Part shown: positions 43,274 to 51,699 of the stretch, one piece after another
Layout: the number at the start of each line of letters is the position of its first letter
Numbering within the stretch: position 1 is the first letter of the stretch
Source of the DNA: Candidatus Thalassarchaeaceae archaeon
GTDB lineage: Archaea > Thermoplasmatota > Poseidoniia > Poseidoniales > Thalassarchaeaceae
Length of the DNA: 64,000 nucleotides
Direction: 5' to 3'
Assembly (NCBI GenBank): GCA_030751995.1
Contig: JASMFB010000001.1
Location: 122 to 64,121 of the forward strand
Translations under genes and position numbers: made by a program
Notes under the pieces: generated by a model
What the model was told of the DNA's origin: nothing
Databases searched by the model: none
Seen by the model: only the letters and a program-made list of their open reading frames with translations

Positions 43274-46200
43274 AAATCCAAATCGAGATTGTCATCTTCT
43301 GCATCCCCCTTCGATTTTGATGGTTCTTTACGCGGATGACGAACGGTTCTCCCTGGCATCGATTCGGCCGGAGAAAATGCTTCATTGGCTTCGTGAGGCG
43401 CTGAAAATTCTAGTAATTCTTCAGCCAAACTATCAATCACATCATAGTCGGCCCTTTCATCATGATGCTCAAACACCGTGTGGGCTGCTTGCATGACATC
43501 ATCGGAAGGAGTTGATCGTTCTTGTTTAGATTCAGATCTCATCTGGAAAGCTAATTTGAATGCGCCCGCATCCATTTCGGGGCTGCGAGAAACTTCTGGA
43601 ATTTCGACATTCTTCTCACTGAATTTTTCCATCCAATCACCCACTTTTTCAGGCTCTTGATGCCTTGAAGCAATCAGTTCGGACCATTCAGAATCCTTTC
43701 GTTGACGATAAACAACTGCGCGATGTAGGACAACAGCGCCCACCATGGTCACAATGATTGAGATTAGAATTTGATTCCAGTCATTCCAGAATGATTGGGC
43801 ACTATCGACGAATTCATCCCATGCACTTTCCCCTTCGATGTTCTCCGGGGGCCAATATTCGGCGAGTATTTCGTATTCAGTACGATTGGTGAAAATGATG
43901 CTAGGTTCAAGCGTACTACGAATCTCAACAGTAATTGTCGCTGTCCTATTCAATTCTTGATCAATAGGCAATTGCATCCATGCCCTGAAGGTCACCGTGG
44001 CGTTCGGAGCGATGTCGTGGACGATGAAATGATTGGCCGTCCATTCACCAATCTCCCAATCACTTGAAAATGGGGGTATCAATCCATATTCAGCGAAAAT
44101 ATTTGTTGATAATGTGACATCCAAACCATCGTCGGCATTGCCTATGTTTCTGAGTGTGTATGTTAGTGTAATATTATCCATATCGTCCATCGTGATGTAT
44201 TCGGATTGAATCTCCCAATTGATGAGGGTGGCGACCTCAATCGTTGTTGAGGCAGTACTCATCTCAATTCCATCTCCAGTCATCAATCTAAGGGTCGGAG
44301 ACAATTCGAATCCTGCGGGCAATCCATTCTCGACGATGTAGATGACGCCTACATCTGTAGACATTCCAGGTTCTAGATTGAACACGGTTCGAGCCACCTG
44401 CAATTCGAGAGAGTCAGGTAATTCCCATTCTATTTCGTAATCATCCAGATAATTTCCCGTATTTTGTATTCTGAATTCACTTGTGCAGAGATCGCCTGCA
44501 TCCATCAGCGCACAATCGTTATCGAGGAAATGGATGGTTGCACTCCGCTCTCGTAGAATACTCACTTCAACCATCGTCGTAGAGATTTGTTGGCTAGCCC
44601 CACTGCTCCACGTACTGAATTCCACCCACATCGTCCCCGTTGGAATGTTAGGAGCATTGAATTCCAATTGTACTGTACCTGTTTGATAGGGCCCCACATC
44701 TAGGAGGTTGTACAATTCCCAGATTTCAACGGACCACCCATTCAGGACGAATGAAATTGCGGGTTCATATCCTGGAATCGGCACCCCCTCGGCACTGACA
44801 GGTCGAACTCGAACGCCCATACTCTTCTCTTCATTGCCTATATTTCGAACTGTAACCGGTATGCGAACCTCCGTACCGGGGTCCAAAGTTGAATTTTCTG
44901 GCTGCGATACCAATTCAACTCCATTCCAAGGTAAGACTTCCACAGTAAACGTCCATGTGGTTGAATTCCCATCGTGTTGACTAGTGGCGCTGACAGTAAA
45001 CGAATGCTTGGAGCCTGCCAAGGGCTGCCCCATGGATATTTCTGGAACCGAAATGGCGAATTGAATCCAATGTTGTGAATCACTGTACATTTCCAATGTG
45101 TAGCCGTTGGCTGGATTCCCATCACCATAATTCCAGGATACGTCCCAACCTGTATCGGTATGGATGCGAATATCGGCGACATCTGAAAATGAAGCGTTAT
45201 TGGTGAGGTTGACTATGAATCCCGAACCACCTCCCGGTTCAATCAGGACATTGGTCCCATCAGAACTGCCGAACCAGAGATTGCTCCCATTAGTCTGGTT
45301 TCCTGGTGATGAACCATTGTCTCCTCCATTTGTTGATTGTGCATCATCTGAATTGAATGCCCAATCGAAGGCGGTGTTAATGAGAGACCCTTCGGGGAAA
45401 ATGGGGGCATGTCCCTCGTTCAATAATTTCCAATGTGCGATTCTGTTTCCTTGTGTGCAATTGAGATGCTCCTGATGCTGGGTCTCGTTGCTCTCAGTTC
45501 CAACCAAATCCAATGTCCTCACGAGCGTCGAGAACTCATCACATCCAGATCGCTCGGCCCAGAATGCAGCTCCACCGGGTGAAGAGGCATAGGACTCTCC
45601 GTAGAATTCTCCACCATTGTAATCTACCGTACTGTCAACGGTCCCATGGGCGTTGATGATATTAGGATATCCTGTGAGATTGCATTGACTGAAATCCCCA
45701 TATGTGGAACCGGCGAAATTTACGATGGTATGTATTTTATTTCCAGCATCACAAGCCATCCTGTGCGACATGAAGCCACCGTTTGAGTGACCAATTAGCA
45801 TTACACGTTCAGGATCGGCACCCCAATGGTTCACCGCAGTGTCAATGAGTGATGAGAGATAACTCACGTCGTCAATGTTCTGATTGTAAAAATCACAGCA
45901 AGCTGGTGGACCGTTCCAGAAATATTTTCCCTCTGGATTTTCTGTTCCAGTGGGTGTCAAAAGCAGATGGCGATTTTCGGTGACACTCGCCGGTCCTTGG
46001 AAATAGCCGTACACATACCCTGGGGAGTCTGAAAATCCGTGCAATGCTATGACCAATGGCAGCAGTTCATCCTCTGTTTGGTCGGCCGGAAATCGCAGTT
46101 CGGCTTGCCTCGAGAATGGACCAATCATCACGGTTTCGTTTTGCCATGGATAATTGTAGCCCAATGATCGATCAAAGATGACTGAATCTGCCGCCCACTG

Positions 46201-47022
46201 TAGTTGTAATCGGACATTCTCATCCAATCCAAATTGGTCCGGCAATCCGACGGAAGAAATTCCCGTAATGGTTGAATGCATGACACAAGCGGCCAGATAT
46301 GTGCCTAGTGTTGAAGGGTGAGAACCGTCACTGGAATACAGATTGTAGAACAGTGTGCCTTGGTCGGTGGGAGTCCCACCTTCTGCAACGATTTGATCGT
46401 AAATCGCCTTGTAGGCCAATCCAACGGGGGCTATGTATGGTGTGCGATTTGCAGTGGTGATGTTCTCAGCATACATGTTGTAACCCGATTCAAGGTTGGC
46501 CTGCATGGTGAGGTAATCTGGATTCAACCAAGCATTGTTGGAATCCCCATCTCGGTAACCCCATGTCATGAAAAAGATGGTTTCAGCACCAGCACTTTCA
46601 ATCATAGAATCTAGGCGAATGGCACCATTCTTGGAATTCTGCCACATGGATTCGGTGGTTGGGAAGGATGGGACTTGACTTTGATCTTGCAAGATGACAA
46701 ACTCATATTGGTTTGTGGTCAGAGCTGTATTCCACTGATTTCCAGAAGATTCAGCATTGTCTGCATGTTGATACAACTTCATGCCACCACCGGTCAAATC
46801 TGAAACACTCGCTGAAGTTCCCGATGCATCAAACAACGCCTGAACACGTGAACTCAAACTGTTCTGTGAGGTGTAGGAATTGCCCAACATCAGCACGTCA
46901 TAGGTGCCATCTTCAGCAGCCTCACGCGTAGGACGAGCCTCTTCGAGGCTCATTGTGACCGGTGCCCAACTCATCAAGAGCAAGGGCAACACAAGGAGTA
47001 GGGCCCGACCACGCATGGCCAT
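43270..47022 (-). CDS. Large surface hydrolase: signal peptide, SGNH/GDSL-like domain, alpha/beta-hydrolase esterase domain (PHB-depolymerase/feruloyl-esterase-like), Ig-like/CARDB-like repeats, TM helix and acidic cytoplasmic tail
   Basis: Signal peptide: MAMRGRALLLVLPLLLMSWAPV. SGNH motif: YDVLMLGNSYT. Esterase: LVIALHGFSDSP...MLIGHSNGGFMSHRMAC, with the nucleophile in a GHSNGG elbow. C-terminal TM helix: ILISIIVTMVGAVVL. Start set at Met 40 to avoid overlapping pheT. Confidence 0.75.
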   Translation of the reverse strand: MAMRGRALLLVLPLLLMSWAPVTMSLEEARPTREAAEDGTYDVLMLGNSYTSQNSLSSRVQALFDASGTSASVSDLTGGGMKLYQHADNAESSGNQWNTALTTNQYEFVILQDQSQVPSFPTTESMWQNSKNGAIRLDSMIESAGAETIFFMTWGYRDGDSNNAWLNPDYLTMQANLESGYNMYAENITTANRTPYIAPVGLAYKAIYDQIVAEGGTPTDQGTLFYNLYSSDGSHPSTLGTYLAACVMHSTITGISSVGLPDQFGLDENVRLQLQWAADSVIFDRSLGYNYPWQNETVMIGPFSRQAELRFPADQTEDELLPLVIALHGFSDSPGYVYGYFQGPASVTENRHLLLTPTGTENPEGKYFWNGPPACCDFYNQNIDDVSYLSSLIDTAVNHWGADPERVMLIGHSNGGFMSHRMACDAGNKIHTIVNFAGSTYGDFSQCNLTGYPNIINAHGTVDSTVDYNGGEFYGESYASSPGGAAFWAERSGCDEFSTLVRTLDLVGTESNETQHQEHLNCTQGNRIAHWKLLNEGHAPIFPEGSLINTAFDWAFNSDDAQSTNGGDNGSSPGNQTNGSNLWFGSSDGTNVLIEPGGGSGFIVNLTNNASFSDVADIRIHTDTGWDVSWNYGDGNPANGYTLEMYSDSQHWIQFAISVPEISMGQPLAGSKHSFTVSATSQHDGNSTTWTFTVEVLPWNGVELVSQPENSTLDPGTEVRIPVTVRNIGNEEKSMGVRVRPVSAEGVPIPGYEPAISFVLNGWSVEIWELYNLLDVGPYQTGTVQLEFNAPNIPTGTMWVEFSTWSSGASQQISTTMVEVSILRERSATIHFLDNDCALMDAGDLCTSEFRIQNTGNYLDDYEIEWELPDSLELQVARTVFNLEPGMSTDVGVIYIVENGLPAGFELSPTLRLMTGDGIEMSTASTTIEVATLINWEIQSEYITMDDMDNITLTYTLRNIGNADDGLDVTLSTNIFAEYGLIPPFSSDWEIGEWTANHFIVHDIAPNATVTFRAWMQLPIDQELNRTATITVEIRSTLEPSIIFTNRTEYEILAEYWPPENIEGESAWDEFVDSAQSFWNDWNQILISIIVTMVGAVVLHRAVVYRQRKDSEWSELIASRHQEPEKVGDWMEKFSEKNVEIPEVSRSPEMDAGAFKLAFQMRSESKQERSTPSDDVMQAAHTVFEHHDERADYDVIDSLAEELLEFSAPHEANEAFSPAESMPGRTVRHPRKEPSKSKGDAEDDNLDLDL

Positions 47023-47083
47023 GGGGTCAATCCGACCGCTATAATCGGTTGGGGTGGCCTGTGCATACAGTGATTCGCGCACC

Positions 47084-48847
47084 CTACAAGATTGGGTCCG
47101 GAATGAGGCGTTCCAGAGCATCGACAACAAACTCACCACAGTGAATCGGTACTTTCAATCCAAATAACTCGGATACCTCTGGATCTATTTCACCACAGCA
47201 TCCAACCCATTCACCATCGACCATCACCTTGGCCCCTCGGCCCTCCAAGTATGGCCCACCATCTGCGTCAGTCAGAGGTTCGTAATGGACATCACACTCT
47301 CGGGAGAACGCCCCTAGGTCGCGAAGTAGCGCTTCCACCATACCTTTCGCAGCCGTGAAACCAGTACCAACTTCGGCACAAGCCCAACCTACTCGGGTAG
47401 CATTGTGGTGGTCGCGAACGACAGTGCCTAGTTCGTATACACGCTGTGGCAATTCGTGATGCCTGTTAGCAGCCAAGAGATTGAGTAACGATGGCGTGAT
47501 ACTCTGGCGAAGGATGGTATGATCGACTGTGATTGGATTGTGAATCCCGGTCACAGCTGACGAGGCTTGATATCGAATCTTGGCGAATTGATCCACTTCG
47601 TTTGAGAGGGTCAACGAGGTTACTTGCTGCAATCCGTTTGCTTGTAGAGATTCTCTAATCCGTCTGTGGAGATGCGTTGAAGCCAGAGGAATCCCCGCCT
47701 TGGATTGGCCAGACAATGCTTGTCCCAGATCCTCGTAACCAATGCCTGTAGCCACCTCTTCTACCAAATCGACAGGATGAAGCAAATCGGCTCTCCACCG
47801 TGGCATTTCAATGATGTATTCCTGTTCGCCTACAGCCGCATCCGCCATCCTCTCAGCCGTCCGTGGGCCATCGGTTACTGTTCGCATCTCGATGAACCGA
47901 CCCCCCATTCTGTCAATGGCGTTCTTGATTTCGAGTTTAGTGAATTCTCGTCCAAGAATCTCTTCAAGTAATCTCTTCGGCAAAGAGAGTCGACGTGCTC
48001 GACCGTTTGGCGTTCTTTGAGTATGAGAGTGACAATCCGTGAGTTCGATGGTTTCAACCGTGCCTCCTCGAGCAGAGAAGGCTAGGCAGACCAGAAGTAG
48101 ACAGGCTTCACAAGCCCGCGCATCCCAACCGGTGACATCGATGAAGAAATCTGTCGTTGATTCGGTGACAGTCGTGTGATCTCCGTTGATGATAGGGGGG
48201 AATGAAAGCACCCTATCTGCTGCATCAAGAATGACTGGGAATTCAGAAAAACCCTCAAGCAGATGTGCATAATCCACTCCTTTTGGGTGAGATTCCAATA
48301 TATCGCGAATGCTCATTCGCTGAGTCATTGCGAGAGGGATGAAGGCGTAGTTTTCAGGTACAGTGACCACTCGGAACGGTGGCGCCAGAGTTGACAGGTC
48401 ATGCACTCCGATTGAGGCACGTCGTCGTCTCCTGCCGATGCTGAAATGCAATTTTTCCTGATGGTCCATCAGTGCTTGGATGAATGCATCGTTCTCTTCA
48501 GGTGTTGAACCGTTGTCCACCCCGCGAACCACGGCACCCAAGATAACTGGCCGAACCCTCTCAAGGCTAGCATCGACTTTCATCGTGATACTTCCATCGG
48601 TGGTTGCTAGGTCTGGTTCTGCCCCACCTTCATGCAAGAATGCTCGAGCAGCGTGCGCCATTGTTTCAGGAGATAGAAGATCGGCCCTATCTGGAAAAAC
48701 CTCAATCTCAATTTCTCTTGAGTCACATTCTTCGACTACACAACCGATGTTGCTGAGTTGTTGCTCCCACAACCAAGGATCATGCTCAATTCCGTGTCGA
48801 GACTGTATCGCGCGTAAGGTCTCATGGTCAAAGGTCACCGTTGGCAT
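47084..48847 (-). CDS. pheT: Phenylalanyl-tRNA synthetase beta subunit, archaeal type
   Basis: The N-terminus MPTVTFDHETLRAIQ...IEIEVFPDRADLL is typical of archaeal PheT. Length is 587 aa. Confidence 0.9.
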   Translation of the reverse strand: MPTVTFDHETLRAIQSRHGIEHDPWLWEQQLSNIGCVVEECDSREIEIEVFPDRADLLSPETMAHAARAFLHEGGAEPDLATTDGSITMKVDASLERVRPVILGAVVRGVDNGSTPEENDAFIQALMDHQEKLHFSIGRRRRRASIGVHDLSTLAPPFRVVTVPENYAFIPLAMTQRMSIRDILESHPKGVDYAHLLEGFSEFPVILDAADRVLSFPPIINGDHTTVTESTTDFFIDVTGWDARACEACLLLVCLAFSARGGTVETIELTDCHSHTQRTPNGRARRLSLPKRLLEEILGREFTKLEIKNAIDRMGGRFIEMRTVTDGPRTAERMADAAVGEQEYIIEMPRWRADLLHPVDLVEEVATGIGYEDLGQALSGQSKAGIPLASTHLHRRIRESLQANGLQQVTSLTLSNEVDQFAKIRYQASSAVTGIHNPITVDHTILRQSITPSLLNLLAANRHHELPQRVYELGTVVRDHHNATRVGWACAEVGTGFTAAKGMVEALLRDLGAFSRECDVHYEPLTDADGGPYLEGRGAKVMVDGEWVGCCGEIDPEVSELFGLKVPIHCGEFVVDALERLIPDPIL

Positions 48848-48856
48848 AAGAATCCC

Positions 48857-50425
48857 TCACTGCCCCATCCATTGGGGCAATGGGCGATCATAGCCAGCGA
48901 GGCGCAGCCCACTCTGTGCCGCAGTATCATGTTCCAATGCACGCAAGTGCCGCCGATTCAACTTCTCTAGGGCATCAATGCCGAGATCAGTAAGACGGCC
49001 ACGCAAGGTTGCTGCGAATTCAGTCAACCAGGTTTCAACTGCCTCTGCTCGGGCCTTTTGTGTACCCGGTACCCCCTCATCATCTGAGAATGGATTTGCA
49101 CGAATGATTCCACAACCAGCTGCTGCTGCGATTGCCGCATCGTCCGAGGTTGCATCCCATGGTATGTCTAGAATGTGCAATACATCTGCCACACCCGCAT
49201 CGCGGGCGGATAAACCAATCCGTGGCAGCGCAGCTGGGGCGGTCATTCCTGTTCCCGAAGTGAGTCTGACAAGGACGCCATCGAGCGGTTGATCACGAAG
49301 CATTCGATGTAGGTTTGAAATCCGGTCCACCCTTCCTGCTAGAAGTACTGGTTTGTCATCTCCAAGGTGAGAACGAAGACCAGTCAAAAGTGCGAGAATT
49401 TCACCATCATGCAATGGAGGAAGATTCTCCAGGTCGAGAACAATTCCCGCTGCGGGAGATAGTAAACTGTCCGCATCTGCAATATTGGATTCACAGATGC
49501 GAACCAAATCGATTCCGCGTGGGTCGCTATCTACCATACAGGGCTGTTCTGAGAGTAAGGTTCCAGTCAATCCCTTGCCACTTTCAATTTGCAGCATCAC
49601 GGGCAACGGGAATACAATTCCATCATCCTCCTCGCCTCTGGTGATTAATGAGACAACATCAATTGGACTTGATGAATCGATGGGTGTTTCCCCGCTGATG
49701 AGCCCAATTTCTCCGAAATCACCCCACACAGTCTGCATCGGAGGGGTTGAGAGGATTGATCGTTCTTCATCGGCTTCGATTAACACTGCATCTTCGCTTA
49801 CCGAAAGATCGTGTTCCTTGAGCATCCCATTGATTTCTTTGTGTTCGGCCTTTGTGAGTGTACGTTGTTTTGCACCATCTCCTTCAGGCAGGCAACGACC
49901 ATCGACGACAATTCGACCTCCAGTCATGCCTTGTCCCGCATCAGCTTTGCAATCACCAATGACGATTATCGAACCACTTTTCATACCGATTCCAGTTCGG
50001 TGACCTGCATGTCCTCGCACGATTACTGTCCCACCGTCAAGTCCACCACCTGCTTCATCATCGACACTTCCTTGACAGAAGATTCTGCCACCAGTCATGC
50101 CGTGCCCACAACGAACTCCTGCATCCCTTTCAACAACTAGGCGTCCGTCTGAACTGAAGGCCCCGAACCATCCGAGAGTATTCCCTTCTAGTGTGAATGT
50201 CCCCCCTTTACAGCAGGCTGCGGTGAAATCACCGAGGTTTCCCAGTAGGCGCACCCGTGCGCCGTCTGGTAGATGTGAAGCAATGCCGATTTCCCCTTCC
50301 TTGGGTTTGGCATCTCCTTGTGCACCCCACCCGATTTTGATGGCACGGTCAAGTTCAATCGCTTTGGAGAGGTTGTTCAAGAGGTTTCGATTGAGTTTGA
50401 GACTCTTTGCCACGTCATCAACCAT
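48857..50425 (-). CDS. GXGXG-motif protein (glutamate synthase alpha-subunit C-terminal domain-like) fused to a GltB central-domain-like region
   Basis: Repeated GxGxG units: CGHGMTGGRIF...GGTVIVRGHAGHRTGIGMKSGSIIVIGD...GQGMTGGRIVVDG. It lies 9 nt upstream of pheT on the same strand. Confidence 0.65.
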   Translation of the reverse strand: MVDDVAKSLKLNRNLLNNLSKAIELDRAIKIGWGAQGDAKPKEGEIGIASHLPDGARVRLLGNLGDFTAACCKGGTFTLEGNTLGWFGAFSSDGRLVVERDAGVRCGHGMTGGRIFCQGSVDDEAGGGLDGGTVIVRGHAGHRTGIGMKSGSIIVIGDCKADAGQGMTGGRIVVDGRCLPEGDGAKQRTLTKAEHKEINGMLKEHDLSVSEDAVLIEADEERSILSTPPMQTVWGDFGEIGLISGETPIDSSSPIDVVSLITRGEEDDGIVFPLPVMLQIESGKGLTGTLLSEQPCMVDSDPRGIDLVRICESNIADADSLLSPAAGIVLDLENLPPLHDGEILALLTGLRSHLGDDKPVLLAGRVDRISNLHRMLRDQPLDGVLVRLTSGTGMTAPAALPRIGLSARDAGVADVLHILDIPWDATSDDAAIAAAAGCGIIRANPFSDDEGVPGTQKARAEAVETWLTEFAATLRGRLTDLGIDALEKLNRRHLRALEHDTAAQSGLRLAGYDRPLPQWMGQ

Positions 50426-50436
50426 AGAACACCCTC

Positions 50437-50519
50437 GCGCCCCTCCGGGGCGCTACCCTCCTTAACCCGAACCCCTGTGAAACGTGGCCAAAACACGATT
50501 CCGGGCTCCCTACGGGAGC
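50437..50519 (+). promoter_or_regulatory. GC-rich structured leader upstream of gap with two perfect hairpins: gcgcccc-tcc-ggggcgc (50437-50453) and gctccc-UACG-gggagc (50505-50519)
   Basis: Both inverted repeats were read directly. The 160-bp intergenic region has no AT-rich TATA-like element. Confidence 0.25.
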
Positions 50520-50586
50520 ACGGGTAGATTCATAGGCAGTCGTCAGAGGCGGCCGAATCATAGGAACAGCAATGTGGGGCCACCGA

Positions 50587-51624
50587 ATGAGCATCAAAGT
50601 AGCAATCAATGGATACGGAACCATCGGCAAGCGTGTTGCGGACGCCGTCGATGCACAAGATGACATGGAAGTTGTTGGAGTCACAAAGACTGGACCATCG
50701 TTCGGTTGCGATCTAGCTGTAAAGAAAGGCTTCCCACTCTATTGCACATTCGATGACGCCGATCGAATTGCACGCTTTGCCGAACAGGGTTACGAATGTT
50801 CAGGCAGCCTCTCAGACCTTCTTGCAATCGCTGACGTTGTCGTCGATTGTTCACCAGGTAAGATGGGAGCAGACAACTTGGCCAAGTATCAGAATGCAGG
50901 AGTCAAGTACATGTTCCAAGGCGGCGAAAAGCACGCATTAACTGGACTCTCTTACACCTCATCTGCAAATCATACAGAGAACCTCAACGCCGAAGGTACC
51001 CGTGTGGTCTCCTGCAACACCACTGGCTTATCTCGTACTCTTGTCCCATTGTACGAACATTGTGGCTCATTGAAAGTGGAGTGTACGATGATTCGCCGAG
51101 CTGCCGACCCGGGTGATTCAAACAAGGGCCCAATCAATGCCATAAAACCGGTTCTGAAAGTTCCTAGCCACCATGGTCCCGATGTGATGACAGTCAAACC
51201 TGAAATTGAAATCAATAGTCTCGCAGTGGCCGTTCCAACGACCATCATGCACGTCCATGCTATCATTGCTGATTTGCCTGAAGGACATGGCCTGACTACC
51301 GAATCAATTCTTGAGATGTGGACCGATACTCCGCGAGTGATTATCATGCACGGATCAGATAACAGAATCACCACAACTGCCGAGGTCATGGAGATGGCTA
51401 GAGACATCGGCCGAAAGTGGGGGGATTTGCACGAGATTTTCGTCTGGGAAGATGGCGTCAAACTCGTCGGTGACCGGCTGTATTATTTCCAAGCAATCCA
51501 CCAAGAAAGTGACGTGATTCCGGAGAATGTGGACTGCATTCGCGCACTGATGGGGACTGAACCAGACTGGCAGACTTCCGTGGCTAAGACAGATGCAGCA
51601 ATTTCGAAGTATTACAACTGCTGA
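50587..51624 (+). CDS. gap: Glyceraldehyde-3-phosphate dehydrogenase, archaeal type (phosphorylating)
   Basis: MSIKVAINGYGTIGKRVADAV is the archaeal GAPDH N-terminus. Length is about 345 aa. Confidence 0.9.
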   Translation: MSIKVAINGYGTIGKRVADAVDAQDDMEVVGVTKTGPSFGCDLAVKKGFPLYCTFDDADRIARFAEQGYECSGSLSDLLAIADVVVDCSPGKMGADNLAKYQNAGVKYMFQGGEKHALTGLSYTSSANHTENLNAEGTRVVSCNTTGLSRTLVPLYEHCGSLKVECTMIRRAADPGDSNKGPINAIKPVLKVPSHHGPDVMTVKPEIEINSLAVAVPTTIMHVHAIIADLPEGHGLTTESILEMWTDTPRVIIMHGSDNRITTTAEVMEMARDIGRKWGDLHEIFVWEDGVKLVGDRLYYFQAIHQESDVIPENVDCIRALMGTEPDWQTSVAKTDAAISKYYNC

Positions 51625-51647
51625 GGGCCATTTATTGTGAATTGTTA

Positions 51648-51664
51648 GACGCCCTACGGGCGTC
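51648..51664 (+). terminator. Perfect hairpin gacgccc-UAC-gggcgtc 24 nt after the gap stop codon
   Basis: Read directly. It shares the cccUACggg core with the hairpin at 50505-50519. Confidence 0.35.
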
Positions 51665-51699
51665 AACTATCAAAAAGGGGCGGGGGGTCGTTCCCTCCC

